A stretch of 64,000 nucleotides of DNA, taken from NCBI GenBank assembly GCA_005222975.1, contig NJBI01000005.1, positions 32,001-96,000 on the forward strand, written 5' to 3'. Below the pieces are notes generated by a model. That model was not told the DNA's origin and made no database searches. It saw only the letters and a list, made by a program, of their open reading frames with translations. This DNA comes from Promethearchaeota archaeon Loki_b31. GTDB lineage: Archaea; Asgardarchaeota; Lokiarchaeia; Sigyniarchaeales; SOKP01. Positions 40,516-50,597 of the stretch are shown here, piece after piece; within the stretch, counting starts at the first letter, position 1, and each line of letters begins with the position of its first letter. Made by a program: the position numbers and the translations under genes.

Positions 40516-42006
40516 ATGGGAAAATTTGATTTTAGACCAACAGGAGTTATGCCAGCATTAGTAACTCCTTTTAATAAAGAAGACGAATCAATTAACGAAG
40601 AAAACCTTAGAAATTTAGTAAACCATCTTATAGATCAAGGAGTTACGGGACTTGTTCCCGTAGGGACGACTGGAGAGTTCGTTAACATGACTTTTGAAGA
40701 ACGCTTGAGAGTCATCGAAATAGTCGTCGACGAGACGAATGGTAGGGTTCCTGTAATTGCTGGAACTGGAGAAACGGGAACAAATTTGGTAATCGATGCC
40801 ACTAAAGCTGCAACGGACATCGGTGCAGATGCGGCTATAATTGTAACGCCTTATTATCTCAAACCTAAGGCAAAAGGGTTGTACGACCATTATTTTACGA
40901 TAGCAGAAAAAACCGATATACCCTTGGTGTTGTATAATATTCCCGTCTGTACGGGGGTAGAACTGCCTTGGACTGTTGTAGAAGATCTAGTTGATATAGA
41001 TAATTTCGTCGCGATAAAGGATTCTAGCGGTGACTACAAATATTTCTCTGCGTTATTAGAGAAAGTGAGCGATAAAATCTCCGTTCTAATAGGGTGGGAC
41101 GAAAATGTATTGGGTGCTTTAGCTGGTGGCGCTGCGGGTTGTATACTTGGTTCTGCTAATGTTATTCCTAAGGTATGGCTCGAACTTTACGACCATGTAA
41201 AAAATAATCGCTTAATTGAAGCACAAACTCTACAAAAGAAAGTGCAAAAGCTAGCTCGAATGTTAATCAATTCTGGAGCTCTAGGCGCCAAAGAGTGTTT
41301 GAATTTGATGGGCATTCCAGTAGGCACAACAAGACGCCCGATCATTTTAGGAGACGCTCTTTCCTACGAACTCCAAGACGAATTTAGAGTTGAACTTGAA
41401 AAGTTAGGATATATCGAAAAGAAAGAAATTAAGTTCGAGATTGATGATAAAGAACTAACGAGTCGTTTTTACGCAGTGGGTGTTACACCTGACAAAATTT
41501 CTGATTTCAGCTTAAAAGTCGGAGAATCGCTTGTTGGCAGTAGAGCGGAGTTAGCACATATTGATCTTTTAATAGGAAATAAAAAGGGCCCCGTAGGTGA
41601 CGCTTACGCTCGTGCTTTAACTCATCCAGCTAAAGGGCGTGAAGGGTTACAGGTAATTCTCGAACCAAACATGCAAGTCAAACCTGCGACTATTATGATC
41701 CCTACAGTTAAAATCACTTCGCTTCGCCACGCAAGTTTGACTTATGGACCTGCTCAAGCAGCAGTAGCAAAAGCGGTAATGAAATGCGTAGAGGATGGCA
41801 TTCTTCCTAAAGAAGCAGCAGAGGATATATTAATAATTGTAAATGTATTTGTACATCCTAGCGCTAGCGCTCGAAAACGGGTATTTATTAATAACTATAA
41901 AGCTACAAGAAACGCCATTCGAAAGGCAATGGAAGGGTTACCAACGGTAGATGACGCTATTCAAAACGCTGAAAATGCACGTCATCCCTTCAGGAACGAT
42001 CCGTAA
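40516..42006 (+). CDS. DHDPS/NAL-family aldolase fused to formaldehyde-activating enzyme (Fae)
   Basis: N-part: GTTGE, PYY, LYNIP, IKDSSGD. C-part from about 41515: GESLVG..ELAHIDLLIG, KPAT, GPAQAAVAKAV, FVHP, NYKAT..AI.KAM. Confidence 0.9.
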   Translation: MGKFDFRPTGVMPALVTPFNKEDESINEENLRNLVNHLIDQGVTGLVPVGTTGEFVNMTFEERLRVIEIVVDETNGRVPVIAGTGETGTNLVIDATKAATDIGADAAIIVTPYYLKPKAKGLYDHYFTIAEKTDIPLVLYNIPVCTGVELPWTVVEDLVDIDNFVAIKDSSGDYKYFSALLEKVSDKISVLIGWDENVLGALAGGAAGCILGSANVIPKVWLELYDHVKNNRLIEAQTLQKKVQKLARMLINSGALGAKECLNLMGIPVGTTRRPIILGDALSYELQDEFRVELEKLGYIEKKEIKFEIDDKELTSRFYAVGVTPDKISDFSLKVGESLVGSRAELAHIDLLIGNKKGPVGDAYARALTHPAKGREGLQVILEPNMQVKPATIMIPTVKITSLRHASLTYGPAQAAVAKAVMKCVEDGILPKEAAEDILIIVNVFVHPSASARKRVFINNYKATRNAIRKAMEGLPTVDDAIQNAENARHPFRNDP

Positions 42007-42272
42007 TTAGAATTTTAAAAATAAATAATTTATTTTTTTATATTTCTTTATCTTTTCCACTAAAAATAGTCCTAAACTTTTTTTTTTCCATACCTTAACT
42101 CACAATGATATTAAATTTATATTTTATTAATTTTCGAATTTTGTAATTCTATTAATATAAAAGAATGTATTTAAAACTTTTATAATTGATAATCTGAACA
42201 TTGAAATTCTTTTCATAAAATTCTATAATAATAATAAAAATAAAATCCAAAATCTTCAAGAGGAGAATCATT

Positions 42273-42752
42273 ATGAACGAGAAAAAAGTAGAATTAAAGG
42301 TTGGAGAAACTGCTCCCGAATTTTGTCTTCCAGATAAAGATAACAAGGAAGTATGTCTAAAAGATTTCAAAGGTAAATATGTTATCGTATATTTTTATCC
42401 TAAAGATAATACTCCCGGCTGCACAATTGAGGCAATAGGTTTTACAGGGATTTTGCCCGAATTTCAAAAGCTAAACGCGGAAGTTATTGGTATAAGCCCT
42501 GATAGTCCCGAATCTCACGCTAAATTTATTGAAAAAAAGAATTTGAAAGTTATTTTGTTAAGTGATTTGGATAAAGAAGTATTAAAAAAATATGGAGCAT
42601 GGGGATCAAAAGCTTATCGAGGTAAGACTTATTTGGGAGTTACTCGAAGTACTTATTTAGTAAATCCGGAAGGTAAAATTTCTTATATGTGGCCAAAAGT
42701 TAGAGTGAAAGGACATGTTGAAGAAGTTAAAGATATTTTAGCGGGTTTATAA
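42273..42752 (+). CDS. bcp: Peroxiredoxin, BCP/PrxQ type
   Basis: YFYPKDNTPGCT motif. Confidence 0.92.
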   Translation: MNEKKVELKVGETAPEFCLPDKDNKEVCLKDFKGKYVIVYFYPKDNTPGCTIEAIGFTGILPEFQKLNAEVIGISPDSPESHAKFIEKKNLKVILLSDLDKEVLKKYGAWGSKAYRGKTYLGVTRSTYLVNPEGKISYMWPKVRVKGHVEEVKDILAGL

Positions 42753-42818
42753 ATAAAACCTTTAAAACATCTAAACATATTAAAATTAATTAAAATTAAA
42801 AGAGAATTAAGAATTTAC

Positions 42819-43259
42819 ATGATTGATAGAAAATTCATTGGCTACGAATTTACACCAAAAGAAATGGCTATTACTCGTTGGCGAATCTCTCAATTTGCTA
42901 ACGCGATAAGGGAATCGAACTCAATTTATTACGACGTCAATGAAGCCAAAAATCAAGGTTTTAAAGACATACCTGTTCCTACTACTTTTTACACGAGGAT
43001 GACCTTCTCAGATAATAACTTTTTTTCAACTTTGGGGATAGATTTTAGAAAATTATTAGATGGTGGCAGAGAAATTAAGTATTACTCTCAATGTTGTGCC
43101 GGAGATACCATTATATATCAAACCAAAGTCGAAAATATTGTTGAAAAGGAAGGAAAAAGAGGTAAAATGGATTTAATAACGGTGGTCACAAGTGGAAAAA
43201 ACAAGGATACTGGAGAAAAGGTTTTTGATTTAATCATTTCATTAATCGTGTTCCATTAA
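42819..43259 (+). CDS. MaoC-like hotdog dehydratase, N-terminal/HadA type
   Basis: QFANAI...IYYD..A...GF..IPVPTTF pattern. Confidence 0.8.
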   Translation: MIDRKFIGYEFTPKEMAITRWRISQFANAIRESNSIYYDVNEAKNQGFKDIPVPTTFYTRMTFSDNNFFSTLGIDFRKLLDGGREIKYYSQCCAGDTIIYQTKVENIVEKEGKRGKMDLITVVTSGKNKDTGEKVFDLIISLIVFH

Positions 43260-43280
43260 ATTTAAAAGGTGATTTGAAAA

Positions 43281-43712
43281 TTGGATAAAGAAGATTTGTT
43301 TTTTGAAGATATTTCAACGGGAATGGAATTACCTACATCAAAAAGGGGACCAATTGTTCGACAACAATTAATAGATTACGCATCAGCATCTGGAGATTAT
43401 AATAAAATTCATTACGACGAGGGGTTTGCGAAAATAGCTAAACTACCTGGATGTATCGCCCATGGAATGCTTGTTATGTCAATAGTCGGGTCCCACATTA
43501 CTGATTGGGCAAAGGGAGGGGTGTTAAAAGACTTCAAAATAAGGTTTGCTGGTATGACAAATGAGAACGATACTTTAATGTTAAAAGGAAAAGTATTGAA
43601 AAAATACTCTGAAAACGGCGAAAATCTGGTCGAAATTAGCGTTCTAAGCGAAACTCAAGACGAAAGAATTACAACGCAAGGTTCCGCAGTTATAGCCCTA
43701 AAAACAAAGTAA
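43281..43712 (+). CDS. MaoC-family (R)-hydratase, HadB type
   Basis: YASASGDYNKIH and IAHGML motifs. Confidence 0.88.
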   Translation: MDKEDLFFEDISTGMELPTSKRGPIVRQQLIDYASASGDYNKIHYDEGFAKIAKLPGCIAHGMLVMSIVGSHITDWAKGGVLKDFKIRFAGMTNENDTLMLKGKVLKKYSENGENLVEISVLSETQDERITTQGSAVIALKTK

Positions 43713-43917
43713 TTTTTATTTTTTCCTAATAATTTTTTTATGAATTATTTATGTTCCAAATCAAAGAGTTATAACTCAAAATAATTCATTTAGAAAGTTA
43801 ATATCTAATAAGGCGTATATTGATATTCTTTAAATATTTCTTAATTAATTAGGTTTCAATCATAAATGAAATCTTCAAATTTAAGGTTTTAAAATGTTTT
43901 TTTAAAGGTGTTGAAAT

Positions 43918-44487
43918 ATGGATGTAAAAATTGCGATTGAAAAAAGAAGAGCATATAGATCTCTTGAACTCGTTGAGATTTCCGACGAACTAATAGAAGA
44001 TTTAGCCGGATCGGCGCGATTAGCGCCATCTTGTTTTAATAAACAGCCATGGAGATATGTATTTGTTCGCGATAAAGAGCAACTAGAAAAACTTCACAAG
44101 TCATTATCAATAACTAATAAGTGGGTAGAATTAGGTTCGTTAATTATCGCTGTGTTTAGCGAAGTTAAAAATGATTGCGTTATCAAAGAGAGGCAATATT
44201 ATCTTTTCGATACGGGTTTAGCGAGCGCTTTTATAATGCTTCGCGCTACAGAATTAGGTCTTGTTGCGCACCCTATCGCGGGTTTTAATGAAGATGCGGC
44301 GAAGAGAGTGCTTGGCATTCCAGAGCACATGCGATTAATTTCCTTAATAGTAATTGGTAAACATTCTAAAGAATTTAAAGAAGAATTAACCGATATTCAA
44401 AAATCCAAAGAGGATCCAAGACCAGAAAGAAAGCAATTTAAAGAATTCGTTTTCATAGATGAATTTACCAAACCGTTTAACAAGTAA
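43918..44487 (+). CDS. Nitroreductase family protein
   Basis: RRAYR and APSCFNKQPW motifs. Confidence 0.9.
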   Translation: MDVKIAIEKRRAYRSLELVEISDELIEDLAGSARLAPSCFNKQPWRYVFVRDKEQLEKLHKSLSITNKWVELGSLIIAVFSEVKNDCVIKERQYYLFDTGLASAFIMLRATELGLVAHPIAGFNEDAAKRVLGIPEHMRLISLIVIGKHSKEFKEELTDIQKSKEDPRPERKQFKEFVFIDEFTKPFNK

Positions 44488-44493
44488 TAAAAG

Positions 44494-46623
44494 GTGAAAA
44501 TCATAGAAGAAAACAAAAAACAAAAAGATGAGCATCAACTTAATAGAAAATTCAATAAATTAATAACTGAAAAAAGCCCTTATTTGCTGCAACACGCTGA
44601 GAATCCAGTAGATTGGTATCCTTGGGGAGAAGAGGCTTTTGAAAAAGCAAAGATGGAAGATAAACCGATATTTCTTTCAGTTGGCTACTCTACTTGCCAT
44701 TGGTGCCATGTAATGGCACACGAATCTTTTGACGACCCTACTGTTGCTAAATTTATGAACGATGTTTTTGTATCTATTAAAGTCGACCGGGAAGAACGAC
44801 CGGACATCGATAAAATATATATGACAGTCTGCCAAATTATGACTAATTCCGGGGGTTGGCCACTAACGATTCTAATGACTCCAGATAAAAAACCTTTCTT
44901 TGCTGGCACATATTTTCCCAAAGAAAGCCGTTTTGGAAGAATTGGCTTAATTGATTTAATCAATCGCGTGAATGATTTGTGGAAAAACGAAAGAAAGGAG
45001 TTGTTAGCATCGAGCGAAAAAATAACATTTGCATTACAAGACATCAACATTGAGTCTCCAGGAAGAAGTCTTGAAGAAAAAGTTATAGAAAACGCTTATT
45101 CTCGGTTAAGTATGCGATTTGACGAAAAGAGAGGTGGCTTTGGCAGCGCACCAAAATTTCCTTCTCCTCATAACTTATTATTCTTATTAAGATATTGGAA
45201 AAGAACAGAAGATAAAAACGCTTTAGATATGGTTGAAAGCACTCTTAAGGCTATGAGGCGAGGCGGTATTTATGATCAAATTGGTTTTGGATTTCATCGC
45301 TATTCTACTGATGTTAACTGGTTAGTACCTCATTTCGAGAAGATGCTGTATGATCAGGCCCTATTAGCGCTCAGCTATATAGAAACTTATCAAGCGACTG
45401 GAAATATTGAGTATGGAGACACTGCTAAAGAGATTTTTACATATGTTTTGCGAGATATGAGTTCTCCTGAAGGAGGATTCTATTCGGCCGAAGATGCGGA
45501 TAGCGAAGGAGAAGAGGGAAAATTTTATGTTTGGACTAAAGAAGAAATTGAAAATATCTTAGAAAAAGAGGATGCTGAGCTAATAGAAAGTATTTATAAT
45601 GTTGAAACTAACGGTAATTATTTAGATGAAGCTACTAGAGCGAAGACTGGCAAAAATATTCTTCATTTGAAGGTTGGTCTATCTGAGCTCGCTAACCCTC
45701 AAGACGAAAGTTTTCATAGTTCTATAGAATCTATGAGACAAAAGCTTTTCAATTCGCGAGAAACCCGAATTAAACCTCATCGGGACGATAAAATATTAAC
45801 TGATTGGAATGGATTAATGATTGCCGCGTTAGCTAAAGGTGGTTTCGTATTGAATGAAGGAAAATACATTAAAGCCGCGAAAAAAGCCGTAACTTTCATC
45901 CTTAAAGATTTAAGGAGGTCAGATGGGCGTCTTTTACATAGGTATCGCGACAGGACTGCTGAAATTGATGCTTATGTAGACGATTATTCGTTTCTTATCT
46001 GGGGTTTAATTAATTTATATGAGGCTACTTTTGACACATTTTACCTAAAAACGGCAATAGATTTAACTGAAGACCAAATAAATCATTTTTGGGACTCGTT
46101 TATAGGGGGGTTCTTCTTTACTGCGGAAGACGGAGAAAAATTGTTAGCCCGTCAGAAAGAGATTTATGACGGTGCTATTCCTTCTGGAAACTCTGTTGCG
46201 ATGTTGAACCTACTCAAATTAGCTCAACTAACAGGAAATCAAGATTACGAGAAAAAAGCAGATCTCATCAGTCGAGTTTTTGCTGAAAACGTTCGAAAGT
46301 CGCCCGTAGCACACAATTTCCTTTTGACAGCCGTAGATTACGCCGTTGGACCGACTTATTCTCTTGTTATTGCAGGAGACACAGGCAATGAAGATACTAA
46401 TGATATGTTGTCTGAAATAAAGAAACATTTTTTGCCTAATAAGTCGTTAATCTTTCGACCCACAGAAAAAACAAGTCCAGAAATAGATGAGTTTTCTAAT
46501 TTCGTTCAATATTTTAACAAATTCGACGGAAAAGCTACTGCGTATGTATGCATTAATAAAACTTGTAAGACACCAACAAATGATGTGAATAAAGCTTTAG
46601 AATATTTGAGTTCAAAAGGATAA
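44494..46623 (+). CDS. YyaL/SPATA20-like thioredoxin + six-hairpin glycosidase-like protein
   Basis: [21 protein letters not shown] and [11 protein letters not shown] motifs. Confidence 0.92.
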   Translation: MKIIEENKKQKDEHQLNRKFNKLITEKSPYLLQHAENPVDWYPWGEEAFEKAKMEDKPIFLSVGYSTCHWCHVMAHESFDDPTVAKFMNDVFVSIKVDREERPDIDKIYMTVCQIMTNSGGWPLTILMTPDKKPFFAGTYFPKESRFGRIGLIDLINRVNDLWKNERKELLASSEKITFALQDINIESPGRSLEEKVIENAYSRLSMRFDEKRGGFGSAPKFPSPHNLLFLLRYWKRTEDKNALDMVESTLKAMRRGGIYDQIGFGFHRYSTDVNWLVPHFEKMLYDQALLALSYIETYQATGNIEYGDTAKEIFTYVLRDMSSPEGGFYSAEDADSEGEEGKFYVWTKEEIENILEKEDAELIESIYNVETNGNYLDEATRAKTGKNILHLKVGLSELANPQDESFHSSIESMRQKLFNSRETRIKPHRDDKILTDWNGLMIAALAKGGFVLNEGKYIKAAKKAVTFILKDLRRSDGRLLHRYRDRTAEIDAYVDDYSFLIWGLINLYEATFDTFYLKTAIDLTEDQINHFWDSFIGGFFFTAEDGEKLLARQKEIYDGAIPSGNSVAMLNLLKLAQLTGNQDYEKKADLISRVFAENVRKSPVAHNFLLTAVDYAVGPTYSLVIAGDTGNEDTNDMLSEIKKHFLPNKSLIFRPTEKTSPEIDEFSNFVQYFNKFDGKATAYVCINKTCKTPTNDVNKALEYLSSKG

Positions 46624-46698
46624 CCAATTTGGAATAAAAAGAGTGAGATATTATTTCAACTTTTTCAAAAGTAGGGACCTAAAAAAAAGATTTAGAGC

Positions 46699-47067
46699 TT
46701 ATTTTATTTTTGACGAGACGAGTTTTTCCATTTCATTAATTGATGCTACTTTATCCATCTCTTCTTGCGTTATCAATAACTTTAGAGTACCGTTCTTTAT
46801 AAGATAAGCAGAAGGATATTTAGCATCTTGAATGTCATACTTATTCAAAAATTCGTCCTTATGCAGAAATTCAGTCTCTATGTTTAATGTGTCAAGAAAA
46901 GATTTCCATTCTTTCTTCATACCGAAGGGGCTGAATGTTTGGGCACAAAGATTACATTTATAAGTACTTGGTCTTAAAGCCTTATGCCAGAAATCTTTTA
47001 CAGTATTTATCATTCCCGAATCTGCATTATAAATAAAAACCAACTTTTCTATGTTATTTTCGCTCAT
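46699..47067 (-). CDS. Small hypothetical protein
   Basis: FIYNADSG...CNLC motif. Start at MSENN (47067). Confidence 0.7.
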   Translation of the reverse strand: MSENNIEKLVFIYNADSGMINTVKDFWHKALRPSTYKCNLCAQTFSPFGMKKEWKSFLDTLNIETEFLHKDEFLNKYDIQDAKYPSAYLIKNGTLKLLITQEEMDKVASINEMEKLVSSKIK

Positions 47068-47204
47068 TATAATTACCCGTGATAAACAAAACCTATCTAA
47101 ATAATTAGAAATCAACTGAAAATTTTAATCTGTTCCTTATTATTCATAAATTTTAGTGATAAATTGAAATAATTTATTTGAATTATGTTGAGATTTTTTT
47201 CCTT

Positions 47205-47591
47205 TTATTTATCAATAAACATTTCTCTTATCTTTTCCATTCTTTTTCTATTAACTCCCATGTCGCTGTGACCTGACCTTGCGCGAGAACGAAACTGGAT
47301 AATCTTTTCACTATCATCAAAAAGAAATTCCACATCATCGACAAACTTGAATGTAGCTGTTCGAACTTCGGCATGAATGTAATTTTCCGTATTTGTTATT
47401 ATCTTGGTTCTTTTCAATGAGTTTAAGATTTTAATTATTTTTTCTTTCGCTTCACTCATCGTCCCAGAATAACTAATAGGACTTATTTTGTGTTTAGCGT
47501 CTGTAGCTTGAGTAGAGACGCAGTTTGGTGTATTTGGACACGGATAAAACTTTCCATCGACTATACCAACTGGTTTTTGTGTTTTTACCAT
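47205..47591 (-). CDS. DUF1499 family protein
   Basis: CPNTPNCVSTQ, FVDDVEF and SRARSGHSDMGVNRKR motifs. Confidence 0.88.
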   Translation of the reverse strand: MVKTQKPVGIVDGKFYPCPNTPNCVSTQATDAKHKISPISYSGTMSEAKEKIIKILNSLKRTKIITNTENYIHAEVRTATFKFVDDVEFLFDDSEKIIQFRSRARSGHSDMGVNRKRMEKIREMFIDK

Positions 47592-47725
47592 TATTTAACC
47601 ACCATCATTAATATACTTAATAAAATAAGATAAAAATAGGTTTAAATTAATTCTGGTTTTAGATTAAAAAGAAACAAGATATATAGCTTAAAGTAATAAT
47701 CAAAAATCTCGATCTATATTATATT

Positions 47726-49036
47726 TTAAACGCTTAAAATTTCCTTAATGAGTTCAATTATTCTTTCTTTATCAAAAATAGCAGTATTCCCAATTTCTTT
47801 AAAATTTAAAATTTGATCATGGTAATGTTCTTCAAAATGATTTAAAAAATATGCTAACCTCTCTTTTAAACTCTGACTGGCAGGTCTTGAGAGAAATAGT
47901 GCTAATTTAATGTGTTCTCCATAGACAGCATGAATATAGAAACCTTTGTAATTAATTTCATTCATTGATGTAGTTCCGCCTATTTCTGAAACAAATGAAT
48001 CCATTGCTGATAAGAATCCAGAAACTAATTCTTTATCCATTGGAATTTCCTCGCTGGAATGCGCTATCATAGCTAAACCAGAAGTCTTTTCAATAATCAG
48101 TAGTGTTCTAAACAAGTCTTTATATTTTGGCTTTGCGCTTACAGCGTGTTCTTCCATAATTAATTTTTCCTTTGGAAAAAGCTCAAACATTACAAAATAT
48201 TTCGGATTGTACGACTCGTTTTCTTTGAAATAATACTCAGAAATTTTAGCTAACTGTGAAGGTGTTCTTATTGGTTCGTGAGGTAATTTCTTGATATATT
48301 CGTCTCGAATTGAGGAATCATGATTTTTTGATTTTTTACCTTTAATAATTCCTAAGATTTTTTGGTGAATTGGATCAATTACATACATCCACACATTCAA
48401 ATTTATCATATCACTCTTGATTCTTTCATAACCGATATTGCAAACTCCTCGAGGCGTTGTCACAAAAACCGACCATATAGCTACTTTTGACGCTTCGTTA
48501 ATTAGGTAAAAAGTTTCTTTATAGTTCTCTTCTGTCATTTCTGCTCCTGTTCTTACAAATACGGCCTCAGTTCTCAGAAAAGGCTTTTTCTTAATTAAGT
48601 ATAAATCTAACGAAAAATCTTTGATATCAGCCGTATTGAATACAGAAATTCCATAGTCAGCACAGTAATCAGCAAACGCATCGATAAGTTCTTGTTTAGA
48701 TATGAAATCAAACCTTGTTAAATAATCGCTTAATTTTTCATCGGTAATTATAAAATTTCCAATGTATTCAATGGGACTCTTAAATTGTTTTTTAAGCGTT
48801 GGACTTTTTTGATATTGTTTATAAAAATGAATACTAATGTGATCAAGTATTTCGAGTTTTGATAAATTTTGTTCTTCTGGAAGTGGAATGTTGTGTCTGT
48901 TCATAAATCCGTAAATTTCTTTAAACCGACTTCTAACAATAAGACAATTTAGACATATAATTCCCCTCTTACCTTCGCTATCACTTCTTATAATCTTTAA
49001 AAATTCTTCTGCTTCAGTTAATTTTTCAGAACTCAT
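47726..49036 (-). CDS. Asgard-type protein with C-terminal longin-like domain
   Basis: C-terminal LLIIEKTSGL...LVSGFLSAMDSFVSEI...INYKGF...LKERL..F...F pattern. Confidence 0.7.
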   Translation of the reverse strand: MSSEKLTEAEEFLKIIRSDSEGKRGIICLNCLIVRSRFKEIYGFMNRHNIPLPEEQNLSKLEILDHISIHFYKQYQKSPTLKKQFKSPIEYIGNFIITDEKLSDYLTRFDFISKQELIDAFADYCADYGISVFNTADIKDFSLDLYLIKKKPFLRTEAVFVRTGAEMTEENYKETFYLINEASKVAIWSVFVTTPRGVCNIGYERIKSDMINLNVWMYVIDPIHQKILGIIKGKKSKNHDSSIRDEYIKKLPHEPIRTPSQLAKISEYYFKENESYNPKYFVMFELFPKEKLIMEEHAVSAKPKYKDLFRTLLIIEKTSGLAMIAHSSEEIPMDKELVSGFLSAMDSFVSEIGGTTSMNEINYKGFYIHAVYGEHIKLALFLSRPASQSLKERLAYFLNHFEEHYHDQILNFKEIGNTAIFDKERIIELIKEILSV

Positions 49037-49206
49037 TAGTGATATATTATCTTTTGAGTTTTAAAATATTTTTATAATAATCTAAAAATAGCAGAAATAG
49101 TGAATTAGTTGTCGAAATGTTTTTTTAAGCGTCTATGATTTCTTTTATTAGATAAATTATTTAAACCAAAAGAAACATTGTATTAAATTTAAAAGTAAAT
49201 TGGGGA

Positions 49207-49836
49207 CTATGAATTAAAGATTTTGTATGCGTCTCTCAACCTTAATAGCGCTGTAAGGAATACTAAAGCTGTAAAAATCCACAAAATAATCAAACGCCAT
49301 GGGATTAAGACAATTAACGCTAATAAAAAAAAAAATGTTTCAGATCGCTCCATCAATCCACTTTGATATGTGATTACTTTTGAATTACTTTCTAAATTGT
49401 CTCTTTTAATAATTCCTCCTACAACAAGAAACATAGAGATACACAAAACGATGGCAGCTAAAGAAAACAAACCCGGCCAAATTAGATTCGTAGGGTCTGT
49501 TGTTACTATCGCAATTATTATGGAAATCTCGACGAGCCGATCGCAAAATATATCTAATATCCCTCCAAAAATAGTAGGACCCTCTAATCTTGCTATAGAG
49601 CCATCAAGTGTATCAATAAAAAAAGAAACGGTCATAACAATTGCGGAGCATACCATAAATGATATTGTTAATGCAAAGAATATACCACTAAGGTATATCA
49701 AAAATGAGCTTACTAAACCAAAAACCAACCCAAGAATAGTAAGTTGATTAGCAGATATCTTCCCAAAAAAGACTTTCTTTACAAATTTCTCGTATGCTTC
49801 TTTAAATTTCGTTTTAGAGAGCCAACTATCAATCAT
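49207..49836 (-). CDS. CDP-alcohol phosphatidyltransferase
   Basis: DTLDGSIAR...GGILDIFCDR signature. Confidence 0.9.
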   Translation of the reverse strand: MIDSWLSKTKFKEAYEKFVKKVFFGKISANQLTILGLVFGLVSSFLIYLSGIFFALTISFMVCSAIVMTVSFFIDTLDGSIARLEGPTIFGGILDIFCDRLVEISIIIAIVTTDPTNLIWPGLFSLAAIVLCISMFLVVGGIIKRDNLESNSKVITYQSGLMERSETFFFLLALIVLIPWRLIILWIFTALVFLTALLRLRDAYKIFNS

Positions 49837-49928
49837 AAATAAATTAATGTTTTTTGTATGTTTTTTAGTCTACTAATACAATGTTTTTTATCTAAATAAA
49901 AATTGCATTAAAAACGAGTTGTAATTAT

Positions 49929-50534
49929 TCAGATCACTACATTAAATTTTTTTAATTCTTTGCGTAAATCCGTATGAGGGCGGTTCCAAATAGTACTTAT
50001 ACCTAGCTTTTTTGCTGGCTTCAAAAAAAACAAGATATCGTCGATAAATAAACTCTCTTCTGGAATTAATTGGTAGCGTCTAAGTAAAGATTCGTATATC
50101 ACTTTATCTGGTTTAATAACTTTTTCTTCTCCAGAAATTATTTGACCGTCGAATATCGTAAAAAAATCGAATTTTTCTTTTACAAATATAAACGCTTCCT
50201 TAATGTAATTTGACAAAATATAGGTTTTATATCCTGACTTGCTTAAATCCAATAAAATATTAATATTTTCCTCAATTGGAGTAAGCATTTCCATCCAATG
50301 ATTAAAAAATAGCGAAATAAGCTCTTTTTCTTCAGGATATTTAGATATAAAAATAATCTCCGCGTTTTCTAACGACTCTAAACCTCTATCTAAATCTAAC
50401 CACAATTTACTACGGGTGATCTTTGGAACGAATTGCTTAATGTATTCTTTATCGCTCGTAAACTGTAATAAAAATTCTTCGGGTTTGAATCTCAGTAGAA
50501 CGTTTCCTAAATCGAAAATAATGTTCTTTATCAT
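49929..50534 (-). CDS. HAD-family phosphatase
   Basis: FDLGNV, LSN, KP and FIDD motifs. Confidence 0.9.
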   Translation of the reverse strand: MIKNIIFDLGNVLLRFKPEEFLLQFTSDKEYIKQFVPKITRSKLWLDLDRGLESLENAEIIFISKYPEEKELISLFFNHWMEMLTPIEENINILLDLSKSGYKTYILSNYIKEAFIFVKEKFDFFTIFDGQIISGEEKVIKPDKVIYESLLRRYQLIPEESLFIDDILFFLKPAKKLGISTIWNRPHTDLRKELKKFNVVI

Positions 50535-50597
50535 ATCTCAACAAATAAAAGTAGTAAGAATAAAAAAATTTTAACTAAATATTATTAATATTTAGAA

